Shown here piece after piece: positions 19,419 to 30,702 of a DNA stretch of 64,000 nt (the first letter of the stretch is position 1; every line of letters starts with the position of its first letter). Origin of the DNA: an uncultured delta proteobacterium (GTDB lineage Bacteria > Desulfobacterota > RBG-13-43-22); assembly GCA_963790475.1 (NCBI GenBank), contig CAWBOS010000012.1:192001-256000 (forward strand). Reading direction: 5' to 3'. The notes under the pieces are model-generated. The model saw only the letters and a program-made list of their open reading frames with translations. It had not been told where the DNA came from and did not search any database. The position numbers and the translations under genes were made by a program.

Positions 19419-20880
19419 TGGCCTTCCTCCTTAAATATTCTTTCATTAAGGCCTGCAATTCCGGAAGGACTTTCTGGCCTTCCGGTGTGGAGATGAGGTT
19501 GTGCATGGTGCGGGGATCTTTTTGGATATCGAAAAGCTCTGCTGGTTTATTATTCCGATATTCCACATAAAGAAAACGGTCGGTTCTCACCGCATCCCAC
19601 TCGGGAACACTGTAGGGAAAATCTTTGAAGTATTCCAGATGGACGGAAGAGCGATGAGAGAAATTATTATTGCCCAATAAAATGGGCACTAAACTCATGC
19701 CCTGCATGGTCCCCGGAGACCTGCAAGCCCGGCCAGGTCCAGGAGTGTCGGCGCCATATCGATACTGAGGGCCAATTCTCCGCTGGTTCTTCCGGGATTT
19801 TTTATTTTTGCCGGATAACGCACGATAAGGGGAATTCGCGTCGCCTCTTCATAGGGGAATCTTTTGTCGATCAATTGTTTTTCACCCCAGAAATATCCGT
19901 TGTCGCTGGTATAAACAACAATGGTATTTTCGGCGATCCCCAAGCGTTCCAACTCGGACAGGACCCGTCCGATCTGCTGGTCCATGGCCGTAATGACCCG
20001 GTGGTAATCCAGGTATTTTTCCCCCACACTGCCTATCACGCCGTAATAGCCACTCCCTTCTTTGCGATTAATCCAGGAATGGTACTCGGGAGGAAGGGTG
20101 CGGCTCACATCGGCATCCTTATAGAGATTTTTTAGTTCGTGAGGCGGGGTAAAGGGCTGGTGCGGGGCCTTGTGGGCCAGATAAACACAGAAGGGACCTT
20201 CCTTTTCCTTGCGGATAAAGTCCAGGGCCAGATCCGTTAAATCCTCGGTCAGGTATTTCCCCTTTCTTTCCGTAACGACCCCATCGATGATCAAAGGACA
20301 GTCAAAATAAATCCCCTGCCCACCGGAAGCGGTAAAGGTAACGAATCGATCGACGGCCTTTCCCAAAAGATTCGGCAGTCTGCCGGGCATATGCCATTTG
20401 CCGAAAAAGGCATTTTTATATCCGGCCTTCTTGAGAAGCTCCAAAAAGGTGACATTCTTATCATTCCAGGGCGTATAATTATTTTTTACGCCGTGGCGAT
20501 GGGCGTATTGGCCGGTCAGGAAACATCCCCGCGAAGGGCTGCATAAAGGGGTCGCGGCAAAGGTGTTGGTGAATTTTACCCCTTCTTTGGCCAACCGATC
20601 GAGATGTGGGGGTTTTGATAAAGGGATGCCCGGTGTTGCCCATGGTATCGGCCCGATGGTCGTCGGAAAGGATAAAGACAATGTTCGGTTTCTTTTCCGG
20701 GATTGGCCCTTTTCCCGCCCCCAAAACCCGGGAGACCAGGCCGAAGTCGGTCGCCCCAACCGCCAGAGCGCCCCCGATGATCTTGAGTGTTTGGCGTCTG
20801 GAGACCTGGTGATCGGAAAATTTGAAGTTCCCCAATAGGAATTTCGTTCTCTCCTTGTGAAGGCTCATTTTCACGCCCAT
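19411..20880 (-). CDS. Tat-exported Cys-type sulfatase (frameshifts near 20605 and 19715)
   Basis: SRRQTLK Tat signal, KPNIVFILSDDH, CSPSR, GKWH, SDNG. Confidence 0.88.
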
Positions 20881-20921
20881 TCCGGGATTCTTTTCGTTAA
20901 AGGCCCTCCGAAGGCCTTTGG

Positions 20922-22146
20922 CTAGTTCAACGTTTGGCGCAGATTCTCACCTCCTGTCATCTCCATTAAAGCTTGCTTTTTCAGATCATCAGGCAGATTG
21001 TGGTTTGCCTCCCGGATGACCACCTTGGGTACGCCGTTGAAAACATGATAGGCCCGATTGAGGACCCGGTCATCCCAGATGGTCTTCAAATCGTTTTTAC
21101 TAAGTCTATCGGCGACGAGGGTCGGCTTCAGACCGCCCAATTTATGGACGACCCAGTAATTGCCCAGCCAGGCTACCAATGGGACTGTTATCGACAAACT
21201 GGCCCTTTTTATCCGCCGGAATATGGTGCCGGTTTTCCAAGCAGCCAGGCCAGGGACACCATGTCGTGGGCCACAACGGATTCGGAGGCGATTACCAGAC
21301 CGATTTCCGGTTGATGAACATACCCGGCATCAGGACCGAAGGTGGTTAGAATTTTATCGGCCGCGGAAATTACCAGACGCTGTTTCTTTACCAGGATTTG
21401 GGCGGTGTTGGCCTCGGCCGTTTTCTCGTGGAAGGTGGAGGCGTCCCGATGGTATTCCAGGCGCGTGTCCGTGCGCCAGTAGCCCACCGCCGCCTTCAGG
21501 CCCAGGCTGGCTCCGGCCAGGACATGGCGGCCGCAACGGGGCATGAGGATGATATGATCGACCTCTTTCAAAATATTGGGCATCATCAGACCGCGCTTCC
21601 AGTTGGTGCCCGTGACCATGGGGTCTTCATAAAAACTGTTCCATCCGCCTTCTTCAAAAAAATGAAGCTCTCCGCCGGCTGTTTGAACTGCAAAGGCCAT
21701 ACCGGAGGTTTCCATGAGTTTCCGTGTGCTGCCGGAAAGACCGTCTTGGTGAGAGTTTTACGTGCTCGATACCGGACATGTCACCCACGATCACCCGGCG
21801 GGCCCCTTTTTCCTTGAGAAGGCTGATAATGGCGGCGATGGCCAGGGGACTGGTAGTGGAAGGATAGGGTTTGCCTGAATTCAGGGCCGGTTTGATGAAA
21901 ACCGAGTCTCCCTTAGATAACCAGGAAAAATCCGTGGCAGCCAGGGCCGCTTCTCGAACGGCTGTTTTTATGGTCTCCCCGGAAGACCCCTTGGGGACTC
22001 CAGCCAGAAAAACCTCTATTTCCTTTTTTGAAATGGGTGGCTTGTCCTTCATGGGGACCCGCGGAGATACCGAAACTCTTGGAATTAGAAAAAACCCCAC
22101 CAACGGTTACCACGGCCACCCCTTTTAAAAAATCTCTTCGTCTCAT
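20922..22146 (-). CDS. DUF362 Fe-S protein with Tat signal (several frameshifts)
   Basis: MRRRDFLK, VFIKP..N, VIVGD, GASLGLK..VG, DMV..A.L. Confidence 0.75.
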
Positions 22147-22321
22147 AAGATCTTTCCTTCAATCACGGTTTCTGGGTAGGATAAATTCGAGTGTTTTGTC
22201 TTAAAGATAAATTGTCATATCGACCGAAGGGAGATATCTTGTACCTTAATTATACTATTAACAGGCTCAAAATAATATCGACAGGCTTCTTCAACACTGT
22301 CCAGTCACACCCCAAAGACGA

Positions 22322-22530
22322 TCTCTCGCAGAGCGCGCAGAGATCACAGAGAAAAATAATTTGTAATTGCCGTTGAGGGGACGGCAATTACAAAAACCTC
22401 GTTGCTACGCAAAGAAATCCCCGCCGGAGGCGTGAGGGGTTTAAAAAATCGCCCTCTCAGCGATTTTATAAAATATTCTTTCTCTGAGCTCTCTGTGAAC
22501 TCAAGCGACCGAAGAGGAGCGGGCGAGAGA
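22322..22530. repeat. Palindromic element family A, copy 2
   Basis: CTCTCGCAGAG...GGGCGAGAGA ends; loops TGAGGGG and CCTCTCA. Confidence 0.8.
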
Positions 22531-22747
22531 CCAGCCTGAAAGCCCCGAAAAAAGAAAATTATGCCTTCACATGTAAAAACAATTATGAGACCCGTTAATA
22601 ATTCAGATTTCTCGCTTTGCTCGAAATGACATATTATACGTCTATTAATGAGACACAACACTAGTTAATTTCTTTATAAAAGGAGCAATCTTGTTTGTCA
22701 ACGAAAACTTACTAAAGTTAATTGTAGTTAAATAAAATAATTTTTGG

Positions 22748-22776
22748 TTGACTTTTTTAATTTGTTTATCTACCAT
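22748..22776 (+). promoter_or_regulatory. Sigma70 promoter of TetR gene
   Basis: TTGACT-17 nt-TACCAT. Confidence 0.6.
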
Positions 22777-22854
22777 GATCTGAATCGGATTATTATCATA
22801 ATTTGATACAATCTGCCCCGAGATTATAAAAATCAAGAGATGGAGTTATAGATA

Positions 22855-23625
22855 ATGAACAGGACCACCTTAAAAGGCAGCAAAAAAGTTCGGGAGCTGT
22901 TGATTCAAAACGAGGTCAAACAGAAGCGGGAAACCTTTATGTTGGAACAGGCTCGAAAAATCAGCGCTGCCGAAGGGCTTCATGCCTTAACGCTCCCCCG
23001 GCTGGCCGAGGAAACCGGTTATTCCAAGCCCACGGTTTATAAATATTTTCCGACCAAGGAAGATTTGATAGTGGCCATTGCCGCTCAATCCTCGGCTATA
23101 CGGGCTTCCTATTATGAGAGGGCGGTCACCTTCCAGGCCAGGCCCCGTGAAAAACTTTACGGGTTCAACGCCTTGAATTTCGGTTTTCTCCATCCCTATT
23201 TCCGTGAAATGCTGGACTTTCATATCAATCGATTAAGTCATCAGGCTGCGACTGCCCGTCAGAAGGAACTTTTTGAAAACGAGAACCGGGTGGTGGAGAT
23301 TATAGCCGGGGTCGTTCGGGAAGCAATTGAAAAAGGTGACTTGAAGCTTCCGGAAAAGATCGATGAATATCAGATTATTTTCACTCTTAGTTCAACGACC
23401 TTCGGCGGATATGTCATGAGGGAATCGGATTCTCCGGTCATGAAAAAATGGTTTGACCGGATTCGTTTCCGGGACGGCGTCTTTGGGGAAATAGTCCTGG
23501 ATGGCCTGGGATGGAAACCGCTCTCTACGGAGTGGGATTATAAAGAAACCAGGAAAAGATTTTTTCAAGAAGTCTTTCCGGAATTGTTGGAGGCTTCAGA
23601 AGTCAAGAGAAAAGCCGCCGGGTAA
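22855..23625 (+). CDS. TetR/AcrR family regulator
   Basis: EGL.ALTL.RLAEE.GYSK.TVYKYFPTKEDL. Confidence 0.92.
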   Translation: MNRTTLKGSKKVRELLIQNEVKQKRETFMLEQARKISAAEGLHALTLPRLAEETGYSKPTVYKYFPTKEDLIVAIAAQSSAIRASYYERAVTFQARPREKLYGFNALNFGFLHPYFREMLDFHINRLSHQAATARQKELFENENRVVEIIAGVVREAIEKGDLKLPEKIDEYQIIFTLSSTTFGGYVMRESDSPVMKKWFDRIRFRDGVFGEIVLDGLGWKPLSTEWDYKETRKRFFQEVFPELLEASEVKRKAAG

Positions 23626-23716
23626 ATTTTGATGGTTTTGTAACAATTCGGTTAAGGTCGGAATTCAGGAACCTTTAAATTACAACCAATATAGCGAGAA
23701 GTGCGGAGGAGAGAAA

Positions 23717-24763
23717 ATGGATAAAGAAAAACTGACCCCATTGGTAAAAAATCTGGTCCTGAGCTCCGGGGCGATTGCCGTTGGGATCGCGACCCCGGAA
23801 ACCCTTGAAGGGGGGCCGCCATCGACAGACCTCACTTATGTCCTTCCGGAAGCCAAGTCGGCCGTTGTCTTTGCCGTTCCCTTGGATCAAGGGGCCATTG
23901 AACGTTTCTTGAAAAAAGAGGATATGGCTTCGGCCAATATCGACAACCGCCGGGTCAACAATATGGCCAGCGGCCTGGCCTTGGAATTGTCGGAGTTTCT
24001 AATTATGAAGGGTTATAAATCCATCCCCCTGGTGGCCAATGCCACATACCGCCAGGACACCCCCAATGGCCCCTATGATGAAAAACCGCCAGTTTCCCAC
24101 CGTTATCTGGCCGTAAGGTCGGGGATCGGGTACTTTGGAAAGTCGGGCAATGTCATCATGGATAAGTACGGGGCGGCTATTATTCTGGCCTCCGTGGTCA
24201 CCGAAGCGGACCTGATCCCCACCGAGCCTTTGCCTCCTGAGGATAATTACTGCGATGACTGTCGTCTCTGCCAGTCGGCCTGTGCCTCGGGGCTGATGTC
24301 TCCGGAAGAGGAAACAACGGTCACCCTGGGAAATGTAAATTTTAATTATTCCAAACGTCGTTCCTATAATCGCTGCGAATACGTTTGCGGCGGATTTACC
24401 GGTTTACACCAATCCGGAAAGTGGTCCACCTGGTCACCGGGGCGGTTCCCGATCCCGGAAAAGGATGAGGATTTCCTGGGAGCCTTGATAAAGGCCGTCC
24501 CCGCTTACCGAAATAGAAAAAAATGGGATTACGGGCTTTACCATGCCCTGGTACCGGGGAACCTCCTGGAATTTACCTGCGGTCACTGCCAGTTCATCTG
24601 CCACCCGGACAAACAGGTGCGTCAGGCGCGTTATAAAATGCTCATCAACAGCGGGGTGGTCATCCAGGACCCCGACGGTACCTTAAGGGCCGTTTCACCC
24701 CAAGAAGCCGAAAAGCACTTATCGAATATGACCCCTGAGCAAAGGGCCTTGTATGAAGAATGA
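23717..24763 (+). CDS. QueG/reductive dehalogenase-like cobalamin 4Fe-4S protein
   Basis: SHRYLAVRSGIG..GKSGNVI...YG..IIL.SV.T, CDDCRLCQSAC, CGHCQFIC. Confidence 0.85.
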   Translation: MDKEKLTPLVKNLVLSSGAIAVGIATPETLEGGPPSTDLTYVLPEAKSAVVFAVPLDQGAIERFLKKEDMASANIDNRRVNNMASGLALELSEFLIMKGYKSIPLVANATYRQDTPNGPYDEKPPVSHRYLAVRSGIGYFGKSGNVIMDKYGAAIILASVVTEADLIPTEPLPPEDNYCDDCRLCQSACASGLMSPEEETTVTLGNVNFNYSKRRSYNRCEYVCGGFTGLHQSGKWSTWSPGRFPIPEKDEDFLGALIKAVPAYRNRKKWDYGLYHALVPGNLLEFTCGHCQFICHPDKQVRQARYKMLINSGVVIQDPDGTLRAVSPQEAEKHLSNMTPEQRALYEE

Positions 24764-24790
24764 TGAATTCGTAAAAAAAGGATATCAGAA

Positions 24791-26029
24791 ATGGAAAATA
24801 TGAATTTAGAAAAGATAAAACAGGACATCAAAGAAATCATTATAACCGCCGGGGCCAAAATCGTCGGGGTTGGAAGCCGGGATCGACTAAAAGATGCGCC
24901 ACCTTCCGCCGACATGAACTTTTGCCTGCCCGGTGCCGAAAGTTGCATCATCTGGGCCTATCCTCTCCCTATGAAAGCCCTGGAAAACTATTTTTCCAAA
25001 AAGGAAAGGATGAGTATAAAAAAAGCCCAACAGTTCAGCTACACCGGGGCCTGGACGACTGCGCGTATTATTTCCAAATTCATTGAAGACCATTCCGAAT
25101 ATAAGGCCTTTCCGCTGATTCCCAATGGGAAATACAGACCCCAGGAAAAAGCCCCCGGGAAATACCGGTCCCAGATGCAGTTTCCGGATTTCTCGCTTAG
25201 GTATGCTGCCGTGGCTGCGGGTCTGGGCCATATCGGTTGGTCGGGAAATCTGGTCACTCCGGAATATGGCGGATCGGTATATCTGGGAGGTGTGCTGACC
25301 ACGGCCCCGCTGGAAGCGGATCCCATGCTCCGGGAAAATCCCTGCAATCGGTGTAAAATATGCGTCAAGGCCTGTACCACCGGTTATTTTCCGAAAGAGG
25401 AAATAGAAGATTACCAGCCGGTCATAATCGGCGGCTTTAAGGAGGAATATTCCAAACGGGGAATTTATGCCCGGTGCGGCATAGGCTGTGCCGGGTGGAC
25501 CGGATTATCAAAGGATGGAACCTGGAGCACCTGGACGCCGGACCACATCTGCCTGATCGATAAGCCGATGGAAAAGGAAAAAGACCCCCAGTATCTGGGC
25601 CAGTTGATGACCACCCTTCTGGTCGATGAGAAAACGCCGAAAAATATCAGGGACTTCAACGAAAAAATTCGATATTCTTTCAACGTCATTGCCCGTGAAA
25701 GTGAAAATGTGGGGCTCCGTCCCCTGGCCTACACCAATCCCCGATGCGGCAACTGTCATTTCATCTGTGTCGGAGATCAAAAGAAAAGAACAGTACTCTA
25801 CAAGATGCTGACTACCTCGGGGAAGATGTATATCGATGAGGAGGGCAGGGAGTATGTCAAAAAAACAGATGTGGAGGGGAAAGAAACCGTTTATTACCCG
25901 CCTCCGGAAGAAGAATTTTTCACCAAAGAAGAATGGGACTTAATCGACGGGATTAGAAATCTCGATGTTTCGGATATTAAGGGGAGCCTTGGTAAACTGA
26001 ACAAATTATTTGAGCTTTACTATAATTGA
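24791..26029 (+). CDS. Second QueG/RdhA-like cobalamin 4Fe-4S protein
   Basis: SLRYAAVAAGLG..GWSGNLVTPEYG..VYL, CNRCKICVKAC, CGNCHFIC. Confidence 0.85.
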   Translation: MENMNLEKIKQDIKEIIITAGAKIVGVGSRDRLKDAPPSADMNFCLPGAESCIIWAYPLPMKALENYFSKKERMSIKKAQQFSYTGAWTTARIISKFIEDHSEYKAFPLIPNGKYRPQEKAPGKYRSQMQFPDFSLRYAAVAAGLGHIGWSGNLVTPEYGGSVYLGGVLTTAPLEADPMLRENPCNRCKICVKACTTGYFPKEEIEDYQPVIIGGFKEEYSKRGIYARCGIGCAGWTGLSKDGTWSTWTPDHICLIDKPMEKEKDPQYLGQLMTTLLVDEKTPKNIRDFNEKIRYSFNVIARESENVGLRPLAYTNPRCGNCHFICVGDQKKRTVLYKMLTTSGKMYIDEEGREYVKKTDVEGKETVYYPPPEEEFFTKEEWDLIDGIRNLDVSDIKGSLGKLNKLFELYYN

Positions 26030-26137
26030 CGAATTTGTAAAAAGTCACCGAAAGCCGCAAGCCAGTATCATGAAACTGTCCAATTTCTTCTGGACCCCGG
26101 CGTTCGCCGGGGTGACGACTTTTTACGAGTCAATCAA
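26026..26137. repeat. REP-like palindromic element
   Basis: TTGACGAATTTGTAAAAAGTC...GACTTTTTACGAGTCAATCAA ends with CCCCGGCGTTCGCCGGGG hairpin; partial copy at 28653-28700. Confidence 0.7.
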
Positions 26138-26204
26138 GCGACGACAACCAAACAATTCAGATAAAGGGTGGCGATCTTTCAGACTTCCTCAGGAAAATTA
26201 AAAT

Positions 26205-27038
26205 ATGAAAAAAATACTGATCGTCTTTCTAATGGTATTGGTTGTTCTGGGGCTGGCCTTGTGGTTTGGGCTTCCGGCCGGGTTAAGGGCCATGGGTCTG
26301 CATCCTCATTACAACGGACCGAAGGTCCAATTTCCGGGGGGCAAGGCCCTGATCATCACCACCAGCCACGAGCGGCTTGGAGATAAGGGATCAAAGACCG
26401 GGGTTTTTGCCTCCGAGATGACCGCCCCCTATTATGAGTTCAGTGATGGCGGGATGAAAGTCGATCTGGCCAGTATCAAAGGCGGCCAAATTCCGATCGA
26501 CCCCCTGTCCTTCAAGTGGTTTATAAAATCAACCTATGACGATCGCTATTTGAAGGATAGTGAGTTTCAGAGGAAAGTCAATCAATCTCTCCGGATCGAT
26601 GATCTCGATTTCACCGGCTACGACATCATCTATCTGGCCGGTGGGTGGGGGGCGGCCTATGATCTGGGCTTCTCCGAAGTGCTTGGGCAAAAAATCAGCC
26701 AGGCCTATAGCGCCGGCAAGGTCATTGGCGGGGTCTGCCACGGTCCTCTTGGCCTGCTCCTGGCCAAGGATGAAAACGGCGCGCCCTTGGTTAAAGGACG
26801 CCGCCTGACCGGGGTTACAGACAAACAGGTCAAGGAACTGGGCATTACTATGACACCCCAGCATCCGGAACGGGAACTGCGCGCTGCCGGGGCACAGTTT
26901 GAAAGCCAAACCGCTTTTCGGGATATCTTTGCCAACCATGTCGTAGTGGACAGGCGTCTGGTGACCGGTCAGAACCAGAATGCCGGGGCCGAGGTGGCCA
27001 ATAAAATGATGATGGTTGCCAAGGGAGGTCTGAGATGA
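26205..27038 (+). CDS. DJ-1/PfpI (type 1 glutamine amidotransferase-like) protein, N-terminal anchor
   Basis: TGV.ASE...PY, AGGWGA..D, GVCHGP, LVTGQN. Confidence 0.88.
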   Translation: MKKILIVFLMVLVVLGLALWFGLPAGLRAMGLHPHYNGPKVQFPGGKALIITTSHERLGDKGSKTGVFASEMTAPYYEFSDGGMKVDLASIKGGQIPIDPLSFKWFIKSTYDDRYLKDSEFQRKVNQSLRIDDLDFTGYDIIYLAGGWGAAYDLGFSEVLGQKISQAYSAGKVIGGVCHGPLGLLLAKDENGAPLVKGRRLTGVTDKQVKELGITMTPQHPERELRAAGAQFESQTAFRDIFANHVVVDRRLVTGQNQNAGAEVANKMMMVAKGGLR

Positions 27039-28549
27039 ACACTAAGTCACCCAAGTCTCCAAGCGAAACGATCTTCCGGATTTTGGCCGGGCTGGTCGGC
27101 CTTTTATTTCTCATCCTCGGCCTTGGGTTTATGACCTTTCCGGACGTTTTTGCCACGGGATTTTCAGTCCAGCCGGCTACCATTCAAGGCCTGAACGCCA
27201 TCAGGGGTGATTTCGGCGGCCTCTTTCTGGGGATGAGTTTTTTTTGCTTTCTAGGGGCGGCAACACGACGTTGGTACTGGCTCGTTGTTCCTATTCTCTT
27301 TCTCCTGCTCATTATTACCGGACGTCTGATCAGTCTTGGCCGGGATGGGTTTTCCCTGACCGGGTTCAGGTCTTTAATCATTGAGGCTGTTTTGCTGGTC
27401 CTTTTGATCGGCTCGACCATAGTGCTCGCCTTGAAAGCCGGGCCCAACGAAAAAGGTTTTAGAATTAATGAAATTTTGAACCTCAAGGTCCTGGTAGGCG
27501 CAGTTGTTGTCGCGGTGATTATCACCGGACTTGTTCTTTCACAGAAAAAGATCGGTTTAGCCTTGGTAAATGGGATTGCGGCCAAAAGTATGGGCACTGA
27601 TGTCATTACCGATCTACCGGACGGGCTTCATGTCGCCCTTTGCGGTTCCGGGTCCCCCTTACCCGATCCGAGACGAGCCTCAGCCTGCACGGCGGTGATC
27701 GCCGGCAAAAACTTCTATGTGGTCGATACGGGACCCGGCAGCGAGAGAAAGCTGGAGCTCATGAGGCTGAATCCCGGAAAGGTGAAGGCCGTTTTACTGA
27801 CCCATTTTCATTCCGATCATATCGGTGATTTGGGTGAACTCATGTTGAAACGATGGACCGGGGGTTCAAGGAAAACGCCTCTGGATGTTTTCGGCCCCAC
27901 CGGAGTCGAAACCGTGGTCAAGGGATTCGATCAGGCCTATTCCCTTGACGATGAATACCGAATTATGCATCACGGTCCGGAAACGGTGCCACCCAGCGGG
28001 GCCGGGGGTGCGGCCAGGACATTTTCTTTTGCGGAAGGTAAGGAAGAAGCGGTCATCATCGATGAAGACGGCCTCAAAGTAACGGCCTTTCCGGTTGATC
28101 ATGCCCCTGTAAAACCGGCGGTGGGTTATCGTTTCGATTATAAGGGACGATCGGTGGTGATCAGCGGAGATACCGCACCCGTTCAATCCCTGCTTAACCA
28201 GGCCCGGGGGGCCGATTTACTGGTGCATGAAGCCCTTCAGCCGATTATGATCAGTAAGCTAAAAGGTATTGCCCAAAAAATCGGCCGTACCAACACCGCC
28301 AAAATCATGGGCGATATCCTCAATTACCACACCTCTCCGGAGGATGCAGCCAGGATCGCCGAGAAAGCCGGCGTTCGTCATCTCCTCCTGACCCACATCA
28401 TACCACCCCTTCCGGTTGCGGATCTCAAGGCGGCTTTCCTGGGCGATGCCAAAAAAATATATCGCGGCCCGATCACGGTCGGAGAAGACGGTATGCTTTT
28501 CAGCCTGCCGGCTGGAAACAAAAAAATCCAGATGAAGTGGCTTTTGTAA
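27035..28549 (+). CDS. DUF4345-like membrane domain fused to RNase Z/AtsA-type MBL hydrolase
   Basis: N-terminal TM helices (NAIRGDFGG); LCGSGSP, THFHSDH, SGDT, HEA, YHT. Confidence 0.82.
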   Translation: MNTKSPKSPSETIFRILAGLVGLLFLILGLGFMTFPDVFATGFSVQPATIQGLNAIRGDFGGLFLGMSFFCFLGAATRRWYWLVVPILFLLLIITGRLISLGRDGFSLTGFRSLIIEAVLLVLLIGSTIVLALKAGPNEKGFRINEILNLKVLVGAVVVAVIITGLVLSQKKIGLALVNGIAAKSMGTDVITDLPDGLHVALCGSGSPLPDPRRASACTAVIAGKNFYVVDTGPGSERKLELMRLNPGKVKAVLLTHFHSDHIGDLGELMLKRWTGGSRKTPLDVFGPTGVETVVKGFDQAYSLDDEYRIMHHGPETVPPSGAGGAARTFSFAEGKEEAVIIDEDGLKVTAFPVDHAPVKPAVGYRFDYKGRSVVISGDTAPVQSLLNQARGADLLVHEALQPIMISKLKGIAQKIGRTNTAKIMGDILNYHTSPEDAARIAEKAGVRHLLLTHIIPPLPVADLKAAFLGDAKKIYRGPITVGEDGMLFSLPAGNKKIQMKWLL

Positions 28550-28846
28550 ATAAAACGAAATCATCTCATTTTTAAAAAACATCTTGTAAAAGGAGACCTT
28601 ATGAAAATTCTAATTACGGCTTTCCGGAATTGCGGTACTCCTTAGAAAACCCCTGGACCCCGGTTTTCACCGGGAAGTCAACCTCTTACGAGTTTATCAA
28701 AAGAATGTGCGGTAGAAAGGAGATTTCAAATATCTTTTATTATGCCGAAAAGAATACCAGGCCCTAGTTCATTATCGCACCGAGGCCCTTCTTGATTCAC
28801 GGCTCTATTGCACCATTCCAAAAGAATAAAGAGGAGGATGTTTATT

Positions 28847-29752
28847 ATGAAAACCTTAAGAACACCGGATGAGCGGTTTAAAAACCTGAAAGATTTTCCT
28901 TTTGAGCCACATTACGCCGAAGTTCCCGATGGAGAAGGCGGCCGCCTGAGAGTTCATTATATCGATGAAGGTCCACGAAACGCAGACCCGGTCCTGCTGA
29001 TCCATGGGGAACCGAGCTGGTCTTATCTTTACCGGAAAATGATCCCGATTTTGATTGAGGCCGGCAATCGGGTCGTCGTCCCTGACCTGGTGGGATTCGG
29101 CCGGTCGGATAAGCCTTCCCAACGCAGCGACTACACTTTTCAAAGCCATGTGGACTGGATGCAGGCCTGGCTCGACCAGGTGGACTTAAAAAGGATTACC
29201 TTCGTTGGCCAGGACTGGGGAGGGGTGATCGGATTGCGCCTGGTGGCCGGCCATCCGGAACGGTTCGCCCGGGTGGTGGTGGCCAACACGGGGCTTCCCA
29301 CCGGAGACAGCCAGATTTCCGAAGCCTTTTTAAACTGGAGGAAGTTTTCCATCGAAGTTCCTGATTTTAATGTCGGCCAGATTATTGCCATGGGATGCAA
29401 GACTTCCCTGGCTGAAGAAGTAATTGCCGCTTATAATACCCCGTTTCCGGATGATACCTACAAGGAAGGGTCCCGAATTTTTCCTTCCCTGGTCCCCATC
29501 ACCCCCGATGATCCGGCATCAAACGCCAACCGCGAGGCCTGGAAGGTCCTTTTGAAATTTGACAAGCCCTTTCTGACCGCTTTCAGTGACTCCGATCCGA
29601 TAACCGGCGGCGGAGATCGGATATTTCTGGAGAAGGTTCCGGGGACCAAGGGTCAACCTCATACCACCATCAAGGGCGGGGGACATTTCCTGCAGGAAGA
29701 CCGTGGTGAGGATTTTGCCCGGGTGATCGTGGAATTCATCAAACACAGTTAA
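28847..29752 (+). CDS. Haloalkane dehalogenase (HLD-I, DhlA/DhmA-like)
   Basis: LRTPDERF, HGEPSWSYLYRKM, GQDWGG, DSDPI, GHFLQED. Confidence 0.92.
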   Translation: MKTLRTPDERFKNLKDFPFEPHYAEVPDGEGGRLRVHYIDEGPRNADPVLLIHGEPSWSYLYRKMIPILIEAGNRVVVPDLVGFGRSDKPSQRSDYTFQSHVDWMQAWLDQVDLKRITFVGQDWGGVIGLRLVAGHPERFARVVVANTGLPTGDSQISEAFLNWRKFSIEVPDFNVGQIIAMGCKTSLAEEVIAAYNTPFPDDTYKEGSRIFPSLVPITPDDPASNANREAWKVLLKFDKPFLTAFSDSDPITGGGDRIFLEKVPGTKGQPHTTIKGGGHFLQEDRGEDFARVIVEFIKHS

Positions 29753-29860
29753 TGCTTTAGATTTAGGAAAATGCATCAATTCAGTTCTTTGAAATAACTG
29801 ATAAGATGCGCTTCTTAAGAATTTATTAAAAACGAATGGCAGAAGAGTAGAAGGGGATTT

Positions 29861-30688
29861 ATGGAGGATCTAGGAAAATATCATGAAATCGGGCGAACCC
29901 TCATCGATAGATTAAAATTAACTACCTACCCGGTGGCTGTCAAAATGATTCGGCCGGAGGAAGAGGTCCCGGAGGCCGCTGTACAACCCTCCCTGGTTTT
30001 TGGCGCCGAAGTCCCGGCTTGTCTGGTTTATACTTATTGCCGCCGGACCGGAGCCTCTTTTTTCCTGACCAAGGACGATATCGCCTGCAAGCCTATCGTT
30101 CTCTATTTTGGCCTGGATGAGGTCTCTGACCCGGATGATTTATACCGGGCCTGGGCCGAACATGCCGGATATAAGAAGAATATGGAATCGGAAAAACAAT
30201 CCCGGGTCTCGGATGCCCGATTTGAACCGTTTCGATTCAAAGGGTTTGTGGTTTCCCCCCTCCATCAAACTCTGGTAAAACCCGATTTAGTGATGTTTTA
30301 CTGCTCTCCCTTAATCCTGTCGCACCTGATTCTGGCCGCCACTTATGACGGGGAGAATATTGTTAGTAACTTTAACGGCATGGAATCCAGTTGCAAGGAA
30401 GGGATCATCCGAACCTTCCTTACCGGTAAATGTCAGGTTGTTTCGCCGGGGATGGGAGACCGGGTGATGGCCGGTGTTCAGGACCATGAGATGTTATTTT
30501 CCATTCCTGAAGAAAAGCTCCGAACGATCGCTGAAAATTTGTTTCTGGCCGGGAACAGATTGAATGATCCGTCTCCCTTTAACATTCCTCATATTGCGCC
30601 CACTATGGGCGCCAATAAGTTATTGGGAAATCAGGTGGAACCGAAGGTCTGGCCAACGCTGCGGGAAAAGCTGAGGCAAAAGAAATAA
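29861..30688 (+). CDS. DUF169 family protein
   Basis: L.L.TYPVAVKM, conserved Cys, PDLV, GDR..AG..D.EM.FSIP. Confidence 0.82.
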   Translation: MEDLGKYHEIGRTLIDRLKLTTYPVAVKMIRPEEEVPEAAVQPSLVFGAEVPACLVYTYCRRTGASFFLTKDDIACKPIVLYFGLDEVSDPDDLYRAWAEHAGYKKNMESEKQSRVSDARFEPFRFKGFVVSPLHQTLVKPDLVMFYCSPLILSHLILAATYDGENIVSNFNGMESSCKEGIIRTFLTGKCQVVSPGMGDRVMAGVQDHEMLFSIPEEKLRTIAENLFLAGNRLNDPSPFNIPHIAPTMGANKLLGNQVEPKVWPTLREKLRQKK

Positions 30689-30702
30689 AGAAAGACCTTT
30701 TG

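Noticed and set aside
23717-26029. Calling these genes queG or respiratory rdhA
   Set aside because: Two paralogues in a catabolic context, no Tat signal or RdhB; only the shared fold is supported.
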